Shown one piece after another: positions 57,800 to 64,000 of a stretch of DNA of 64,000 nt. The translations under genes and the position numbers were made by a program. The stretch lies in NCBI GenBank assembly GCA_963823735.1, contig CAWGMO010000002.1, forward strand, positions 2,998,848 to 3,062,847, read 5' to 3'. How positions within the stretch are numbered: position 1 is the first letter of the stretch; each line of letters opens with the position of its first letter. The notes below the pieces were generated by a model that ran no database searches, was not told the DNA's origin, and saw only the letters and a list, made by a program, of their open reading frames with translations. Source of the DNA: an uncultured Actinomycetota bacterium (GTDB lineage Bacteria; Actinomycetota; Actinomycetes; Streptosporangiales; Streptosporangiaceae).

Positions 57800-59090
57800 G
57801 TGGATCATTCGACGGCGCTTCTCACCGATCGCTACGAGCTCACCATGCTTCAGGCGGCCCTGGCCAGCGACACCGCCGGGCGCCGGGCGGTGTTCGAGGT
57901 GTTCGCCCGGCAGTTGCCGGCGGGCCGGCGATACGGCGTCGTCGGGGGTACCGGAAGGTTGCTCGACGCGCTTGAGGCCTTCCGATTCGACCCGCCCGAG
58001 TTGGAGTTTCTCACTTCCGGCGGCATCGTGGACGAAACCACCGCGACATGGCTGGAGTCGTACCGCTTCTCGGGGAACATCTGGGGGATACGCGGAAGGT
58101 GATCTCTACTTCCCGGGGTCCCCGATCCTCGTCGTGGAGGGCACCTTCGCCGAAGCGGTGATCCTTGAGACGCTGTCGCTGTCGATCCTCAACCACGACT
58201 CCGCGATCGCCTCGGCCGCCTCCCGCATGGTGCAGGCCGCCTCCGGCCGCCCGATCATCGAGATGGGCTCCCGCCGTACGCACGAGATGGCCGCCGTCGC
58301 CGCGGCGCGCGCCGCGTACATCTCCGGCTTCACGACGACCTCGAACCTGGAGGCCGGCCGCTCGTACGGCGTGCCGACCGCGGGGACCAGCGCGCACGCC
58401 TTCACGCTCCTGCACGACAGCGAGCAGCACGCGTTCCGCGCCCAGCTCGACGCGCTCGGCTCGGACACCACGCTGCTCGTCGACACCTACGACGTGGCAC
58501 GCGCGGTCGCCGTCGCCGTCGAGCTCGCCGGCAAGGACCTCGGCGCGGTGCGCCTGGACAGCGGCGACCTGAAGGAGACGGCGCACGAGGTACGCGCGCA
58601 ACTGGACGACCTCGGCGCCACGAAGACGCGCATCATCGTGACCGGCGACCTCGACGAGTACTCGATCGCCGCCCTCGGCGCCGCGCCCGTCGACGGGTAC
58701 GGCGTCGGCACGTCGCTCGTCACCGGGTCCGGGGCGCCGACCGCGTCGCTGGTGTTCAAGCTCGTGGCGCGCGCCGAGTCCGAGGACGGCCCGCTGCGCC
58801 CCGTGGCCAAGCGCTCGGTCGGCAAGCCGAGCCGCGGCGGCCGCAAGTGGGGCATGCGCCACCTCGGCGACGACGGCCGCGCGCTCGCCGAGGTCGTCGC
58901 CACCAGCGAGCCGGCGACCGGCCCGTACGACCGCGACCTGATGACCCCGCTCGTACGCGACGGCGAGGTCGTGGGCCGCGAGCCGGTCGGCGCGGCACGC
59001 GCCCGCCACGAACGCGCGCTCGCCGAGCTGCCGCCGCAGGCGTTCCAGCTCTCGCGCGGCGACCCGGCGATCCCGACCGACTTCCGCTGA
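57800..59090 (+). pseudogene. pncB: nicotinate phosphoribosyltransferase, apparent 1-nt frameshift near 58086-58089
   Basis: [15 protein letters not shown]...ESYRFSGNIWG is in one frame and then runs into a stop. YAEGDLYFPGSPILVVEGTFAEAVILETLSLSILNHDSAIAS...GTSAHAF...VRLDSGD is in the next. Confidence 0.85.
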
Positions 59091-59179
59091 GATCGCCTGG
59101 CGTGGCGGCCCGCCCGACGGGAAGGTAGGAGAAGACGTTCGGGGACCCGCGGCACACCGCGGGCGAGGAGGGGACCACC

Positions 59180-59758
59180 ATGGGCCGGGCACTGCTGATC
59201 ATCGACGTGCAGAACGACTTCTGTGAGGGCGGCTCGCTGCCGGTCGCGGGCGGCTCCGAGGTCGCCACCGCGATCTCCGCGCACGTCGCGGCGCACCGGG
59301 ACGACTACGACCACGTCGTCGCGACACGCGACTTCCATCTGGACCCGGGCGCCCACTTCTCCGACCACCCCGACTACGCCGCGACGTGGCCGCCCCACTG
59401 CGTCATCGGCACTCCGGGAGCCGACTTCCACCCGAACCTCGACCTGGCACCGATCGAGACGGTGTTCAGCAAGGGCGAACGCGAGGCGGCGTACAGCGGC
59501 TTCCAGGGCTCGGCCGACGACGGCACCCCGCTGGGCGAGTGGCTCCGCAAACACGAGGTGGACGGCGTGGACGTCGTAGGCCTGGCCACCGACCACTGCG
59601 TACGCGCCACGGCCGTCGACGCGGTCAAGGCCGGCCTTGCCACCCGAGTCCTGCTGCACCTGACCGCCGGCGTGGCCGAGGCGACCACGGCCAAGGCCCT
59701 GACCGACCTCCGCGCCGCCGGCGTGGAACTGACCGGCACCCCGGTCGCCGGCGCCTAG
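59180..59758 (+). CDS. pncA: nicotinamidase/pyrazinamidase (isochorismatase family)
   Basis: ALLIIDVQNDFCEGGSL, WPPHCV, and the catalytic Cys context GLATDHCV. Confidence 0.85.
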   Translation: MGRALLIIDVQNDFCEGGSLPVAGGSEVATAISAHVAAHRDDYDHVVATRDFHLDPGAHFSDHPDYAATWPPHCVIGTPGADFHPNLDLAPIETVFSKGEREAAYSGFQGSADDGTPLGEWLRKHEVDGVDVVGLATDHCVRATAVDAVKAGLATRVLLHLTAGVAEATTAKALTDLRAAGVELTGTPVAGA

Positions 59759-60255
59759 GTTCTCGCCTGGAGCTTGCCCGCGATCTCGTCAACGATCTTG
59801 GGGGCGGGGGCGTCGACGGAGACCGTGACGGGGTCCTCGTCCGGCCCGGGTACCTCCAGGTCGCGGAACTGGCTGTCGAGCAGATCCTTGGGGAAGAAGT
59901 GCCCGTGGCGGGCGGCCATGCGCTTGGCGATGACGTCACGGTCACCGTCGAGGTAGACGAGCGAAAGGTCGGGGCGCCCGTCACGCAGGACGTCCCGATA
60001 CTTCTTCTTGAGCGCCGACGAGGTGACGACGGCCGGCTCCCGCTGGTCCTTCATCCACTCGGCGATCGCCTGGAGCCAGGGCGCACGGTCCTCGTCGGTG
60101 AGCGGAATGCCCGCGTGCATCTTCTCGACGTTCGCGGGAGGGTGGAAGTCGTCGGCCTCGGCGTAGGTCCAGCCGAGACGCCCAGCGAGCATCGCTCCGA
60201 TGGTCGTCTTACCGCTGCCGGAGACGCCCATGAGCAGCACTATCGGATTACGCAT
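59755..60255 (-). CDS. gntK: gluconokinase (GntK/IdnK family)
   Basis: P-loop LLMGVSGSGKTTIG, then DDFHP..N..KM..G.PL.D.DR.PWL. ATG at 60255. Confidence 0.8.
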   Translation of the reverse strand: MRNPIVLLMGVSGSGKTTIGAMLAGRLGWTYAEADDFHPPANVEKMHAGIPLTDEDRAPWLQAIAEWMKDQREPAVVTSSALKKKYRDVLRDGRPDLSLVYLDGDRDVIAKRMAARHGHFFPKDLLDSQFRDLEVPGPDEDPVTVSVDAPAPKIVDEIAGKLQART

Positions 60256-60465
60256 CCGACGAACGTACCCGCTCGCCATGCCACCCGCACGACCACCCCA
60301 CCCGGCCCGTAGCGGGCTGGCCCTCACGGACGAACCCGCCGGCTCACGCCGCGCGTGGTCGCGATCGCTCGGCGTGGGACACGCCGCCCACGTACTGACC
60401 TCGTCCGGCCGCCGAGTCGCGATCGCGTGGCACGGCGCGAGCCGCCCGCCCACGGACCCGGTCGC

Positions 60466-62229
60466 TCAGTCGCGGGTGCGTGGCATGGGGCGGGCCGCCC
60501 ACTCGCGGACCTTCTCGATTCGTTTGCGTACGTCGTCCGCGCTCGCCTGGGCGGACGGCGGGCCGCCGCAGCTACGGCGTAGCTCGGCGTGGATCACGCC
60601 ATGGGGCTGGCCGGTGCGGTGGTGCCAGGCTCCCACCAGGCCGTTGAGCTCCTTGCGGAGGGCGTGGAGGTCCTCCGACGCCGTACGGTCTTCGGCCCTC
60701 GCGGGGCCGCCGTCCTTGCGTTTCGCGGCGATCTGCTCGGCCTGGCGCTGTTTCAGCAGACTGGCGACCTGGTCGGGTTCCAGCAGGCCGGGGATGCCGA
60801 GGAAGTCCTCCTCCTCGGCGGAGCCGGGGGCGCCGCCCATGCCGAACTCGCCGCCGTCGAACACCACGCGGTCGAACTGGGCCGACGCCTCGACGGTCTC
60901 GAACGGGACCTCTTCGCCGACGTCCGGGTTGTCGCGCTTGCGGTTGGCTTCGGCGAGCAGGTCGTCGTCGAGGCCGTCCTCGCGGATGGGGCGGTCCAGG
61001 ACGTGGTCGCGTTCGGTCTCCATCTCGGCGGCGTGGCCCATGAGGGTGGGCACCGACGGCAGGAAGACCGAGGCGATCTCGCCCCGTCGCCGCATACGGA
61101 CGAAGCGCCCGACGGCCTGGGCGAAGAACAGCGGGGTCGACGTCGACGTCGCGTAGACGCCCACGGCCAGGCGCGGGATGTCGACGCCCTCGGACACCAT
61201 GCGGACCGCGACCATCCAGCGGTCCTCGGAGTCGCTGAACTGTTTGATCTTCCGGCTCGCCGACGGGTCGTCGGACAGGACGATGGTCGCGCCCGAGCCG
61301 GTGATCGTGCGGATCATCTTGGCGTACGCGCGCGCGGCCTCGTGGTCGGTGGCGATCACCAGGCCGCCCGCGTCGGGCACGCCGCGGCGTACCTCGGTCA
61401 GGCGGCGGTCGGCGGCGGCGATGACCTGCCCGATCCACTCGCCCTTGGGGTCGAGTGCGGCGCGCCACGCCTGGGAGGTCTGGTCCTGGGTGAGGGGCTC
61501 GCCGAGGGTCGCGGTGATCTCGTCGCCGGCGCGTGTCTTCCAGCGCATCTGCCCCGCGTACGCGAGGAAGATCACCGGGCGTACGACGCCGTCGGCGAGG
61601 GCCGGGCCGTAGCCGTAGGTGTAGTCGGCGTTGCTGCGCCGGATGCCGTCCGGCCCCTCCTGGTAGGTCACGAAGGGGATCGGGTTGATGTCCGTACGGA
61701 ACGGGGTGCCGCTCAGCGCCAGGCGGCGGGCGGCCGGCTCGAAGGCCTCACGGATCGCGTCGCCCCACGACCGGCCGTCGCCCGCGTGGTGGACCTCGTC
61801 GAGGATCACCAGGGTCTTGCGGGCCTCCGTACGGCCGCGGTGGAGCGCCGGGTGGGCGGCGACCTGCGCGTAGGTCACGGCGACGCCGACGAAGTCCTTG
61901 GCGGTGCGGCCGTGGGCGTTCTTGAACTCGGGGTCGATCTTGATGCCGACGCGCGCCGCGGACTCGGCCCACTGGCGCTTCAGGTGCTCGGTCGGGCAGA
62001 CGACGGTGATGCCGGCGATGATCCGGCGGCCGAGCAGCTCGGCGGCGAGGCGCAACGCGAACGTGGTCTTGCCGGCGCCGGGTGTGGCGACGGCGAGGTA
62101 GTCACGGGGCTCGGCTCGGAAGTACGACTCGAGAGCCCCCTGCTGCCAGGCACGGAGCGCGGGGGCGGTGCCCCACGGTGCCCGGCCGGGAAGGGCGGGA
62201 GGGGTGTCGGATGCGGCGAACGTGCTCAC
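60466..62229 (-). CDS. superfamily-2 DEAD/DEAH-box helicase (Res-III-type N-domain)
   Basis: Motif I VATPGAGKT, motif II LILDEVHHAG, motif III-like LSGTP, and a C-terminal RecA domain (MVSEGVDIPRL, QAVGRFVR). Confidence 0.8.
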   Translation of the reverse strand: MSTFAASDTPPALPGRAPWGTAPALRAWQQGALESYFRAEPRDYLAVATPGAGKTTFALRLAAELLGRRIIAGITVVCPTEHLKRQWAESAARVGIKIDPEFKNAHGRTAKDFVGVAVTYAQVAAHPALHRGRTEARKTLVILDEVHHAGDGRSWGDAIREAFEPAARRLALSGTPFRTDINPIPFVTYQEGPDGIRRSNADYTYGYGPALADGVVRPVIFLAYAGQMRWKTRAGDEITATLGEPLTQDQTSQAWRAALDPKGEWIGQVIAAADRRLTEVRRGVPDAGGLVIATDHEAARAYAKMIRTITGSGATIVLSDDPSASRKIKQFSDSEDRWMVAVRMVSEGVDIPRLAVGVYATSTSTPLFFAQAVGRFVRMRRRGEIASVFLPSVPTLMGHAAEMETERDHVLDRPIREDGLDDDLLAEANRKRDNPDVGEEVPFETVEASAQFDRVVFDGGEFGMGGAPGSAEEEDFLGIPGLLEPDQVASLLKQRQAEQIAAKRKDGGPARAEDRTASEDLHALRKELNGLVGAWHHRTGQPHGVIHAELRRSCGGPPSAQASADDVRKRIEKVREWAARPMPRTRD

Positions 62230-62307
62230 GGTGAATGAAGGCTACCCGCAGGGACCGACAGGACATGCCGAGCACCTGGTGGTGCGCGGAAACCCGCGGG
62301 GCGCGTG

Positions 62308-63267
62308 TTAACGGGACGCCTTACGCCTGGTACGGGCGCCGTCGCCGCCGCGGTAGGCCGCCCACATCGCGCGGATCCGCACGCCCTGGCCGCGTGTGAA
62401 CTCCCTCATACACGTGTCGAACCCGTAGTCCATGAAGTTGTGCACCGGGTCGGTGCCGGGCGCGGGGCAGGAGTCCTTCGCGGTCGGGCACGCCTGGGTG
62501 GGGATGGCCTCGTACGGCGTGTCGTCCACGCCGTCGCCCGGCGGGCGGCAGCCGCCCTCGAACGGGTGGAACAGCCCCAGCCAGTGCCCGATCTCGTGGA
62601 CCGCCGTGTAGCCGCGGTTGAAATGCTCGAACGGCCCGCCCGGCACGCTGCGGTAGTCGACGACGACACCGTCGATCGAGGGCCGTACGCGCAGCCACTG
62701 CGGGAAGGTCGAGAACCCGAGCACGTCCGAGCCGACGCCCGCCGTGAACAGGTTCAGCGTGCCGGCGCCGCCGGTGGCCAGCGAGCCGACCATCTGCTGC
62801 TGGAAGTCGTGCGGGCGTTCGAACCACCGCGCGTCGTCGGTGTGGTCGACGCTGACCAGACGGAACGAGACGCCCGTGTCGGCGCCGCCGGTAGTCCCGC
62901 CGTACGCGGCGTTGAGGGTCTGCACCTGCCGGTCGACCGTGGCGCGCGCGAGCCGCCCCACGGCGCCCGCGCTGATCACGTGGAAGCGGACCGGGACCAC
63001 GAGGCGGCCCGGCAGCCGCCCCGCCAGCGCACGCTCGTCGGCCGTGCCGTAGCGGTGCCGCAGGGCGCCGGAGAAGTCACGGAGCATCCCGCGTACGCGC
63101 TGCGGGGTCAGGGTGTCGGAGTCGGGCGGACGGCTCGGCTCGGACGCCTGTGCGCGCCGCAGGCACGACACCGGAACGCCGTGCGCGCGCGAGCACGTGC
63201 TCGCCGGCACGGTCGCGCACGAGGCGAGAACGACCCCGAACAGCCCGCACAGCCCTCTCCGCCCCAT
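62308..63267 (-). CDS. secreted zinc metalloprotease, M43 (pappalysin/ulilysin-like)
   Basis: Signal peptide, metzincin motif HEIGHWLGLFHPF, and the downstream NFMDY context. Confidence 0.75.
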   Translation of the reverse strand: MGRRGLCGLFGVVLASCATVPASTCSRAHGVPVSCLRRAQASEPSRPPDSDTLTPQRVRGMLRDFSGALRHRYGTADERALAGRLPGRLVVPVRFHVISAGAVGRLARATVDRQVQTLNAAYGGTTGGADTGVSFRLVSVDHTDDARWFERPHDFQQQMVGSLATGGAGTLNLFTAGVGSDVLGFSTFPQWLRVRPSIDGVVVDYRSVPGGPFEHFNRGYTAVHEIGHWLGLFHPFEGGCRPPGDGVDDTPYEAIPTQACPTAKDSCPAPGTDPVHNFMDYGFDTCMREFTRGQGVRIRAMWAAYRGGDGARTRRKASR

Positions 63268-63337
63268 GGTCGGAGAGGCTATTGGTCAGATCCGCGCAGG
63301 TCACACGACGCGCGGGTCCATCAAGCCGATTTGACGG

Positions 63338-63586
63338 TCACTCGTCGTCGTCGCCGCCGCCGGACATCGACTCGTAGATCTCTTTGCACTCCGGGCAGAC
63401 CGGGTACTTCTTCGGGTCACGGTTGGGCACCCACACTTTGCCGCAGAGAGCGATCACCGGAGTGCCGCTGACGGCACTCTCCATGATCTTCTCTTTCTGC
63501 ACGTAGTGCGCGAAGCGCTCGTGACCACCGTCGCCGTGTGAGAGATCAGGGCGGGTGTCGCTCTCAGGAAGGATCTTCGTGCTCAC
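63338..63586 (-). CDS. DUF3039-domain protein
   Basis: HERFAHYVQKEKIMESAVSGTPVIALCGKVWVPNRDPKKYPVCPECKEIYE. GTG start at 63586. The 183-aa track ORF carries an implausible Arg/Gly/Pro-rich extension. Confidence 0.7.
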   Translation of the reverse strand: MSTKILPESDTRPDLSHGDGGHERFAHYVQKEKIMESAVSGTPVIALCGKVWVPNRDPKKYPVCPECKEIYESMSGGGDDDE

Positions 63587-63591
63587 GTGCC

Positions 63592-64000
63592 TCAGTTTAG
63601 TGACGGATCGTCGGGGAACGTCGCGACGAACGCCAGTTCGCCCCCCTGCCGCCGCAGGACGTCCTGCCAGAGACGGTCGGGATCGTTCATGAAGACGTCC
63701 TCGGAGTCGGCCGGAAGGACATACCAGGCGCCCTCTTCGACCTCTGACCGGAGCTGGCCAGCGCCCCACCCGGCGTAGCCGGCGAAGACCCTCAGCCGGC
63801 TCACCTCGGAGGCCAGCAGCTCCGGCGGGGCGTCCAGGTCGACCAGCCCGACCCGCGCGACGGCCGGGCTGCCGCTCAGCGCCCGCCATCCGAGCGGCTC
63901 CTCCGTCCCCGGGATCTGGGCCAGCGCCAGCGCGCTGTCGAGCGCCACGGGACCGCCCTGGAAGACCACGGACGGCCCTGTCACCAGCTCGGACCAGGGC
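63592..64000 (-). CDS. YqgE/AlgH-family protein (UPF0301), N-terminus beyond the window
   Basis: VFQGGPV...VFAGYAGWGAGQLRSEVEEGAWYVLPA...DVLRRQGGELAFVATFPDDPSLN. The frame stays open to the window end. Confidence 0.7.
   Translation of the reverse strand, partial: PWSELVTGPSVVFQGGPVALDSALALAQIPGTEEPLGWRALSGSPAVARVGLVDLDAPPELLASEVSRLRVFAGYAGWGAGQLRSEVEEGAWYVLPADSEDVFMNDPDRLWQDVLRRQGGELAFVATFPDDPSLN

Overview
This is a very high-GC actinobacterial chromosomal segment; third codon positions are almost all G/C. It holds about 70 genes. I found no transposases, integrases, CRISPR arrays or rRNA. Many gene pairs overlap by GTGA or ATGA, which suggests translational coupling.

Gene content from left to right:
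- RseP/Rip1 site-2 protease.
- A roughly 13 kb amine-catabolism supercluster: two GntR regulators, an APC permease, a choline/ethanolamine-kinase-like enzyme, a dimethylglycine-oxidase-like FAD/folate enzyme, a GlnA-like gamma-glutamyl-amine synthetase, an aldehyde dehydrogenase, an SDR, and two PuuD-like gamma-glutamyl hydrolases.
- A tandem glycine riboswitch driving gcvT-gcvH-glyA-lipA-sdaA.
- An M20 amidohydrolase, AmaP/DUF6286 membrane proteins and purU.
- A large uncharacterised membrane protein.
- A sugar locus: a PLP deaminase-like enzyme, a PfkB kinase, a GH4 hydrolase and a heavily broken ABC importer.
- LtrA, bcp and one unusual tRNA.
- A MmyB-type regulator and an S53 protease.
- RidA, a LysR regulator and an SDR.
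- An ssuCBAD sulfonate operon with two flavin reductases.
- A MEDS-STAS plus MEDS-RsbW-like pair convergent with an ECF sigma/anti-sigma pair.
- The conserved actinobacterial block rdgB-rph-MBL-murI ... cysM-cysO-mec-DUF2017-clpS / pncB-pncA, which matches the M. tuberculosis Rv1330c-Rv1341 order.
- Gluconokinase, an SF2 helicase, an M43 metalloprotease, DUF3039 and a partial YqgE/AlgH gene.

Observations most worth a second look:
- A cloverleaf tRNA with a leucine UAG anticodon but a class-I (short) variable loop.
- The doubly MEDS-tagged partner-switching pair.
- The link between the amine cluster, folate metabolism and the glycine operon.
- A compositionally atypical, frameshifted lipA embedded in the riboswitch operon.
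- A sharply bounded 2.3 kb block carrying about 30 frame-breaking lesions.

Nine further single frameshifts sit in otherwise conserved genes. This pattern suggests assembly error rather than biology and should be resolved before any pseudogene is believed.
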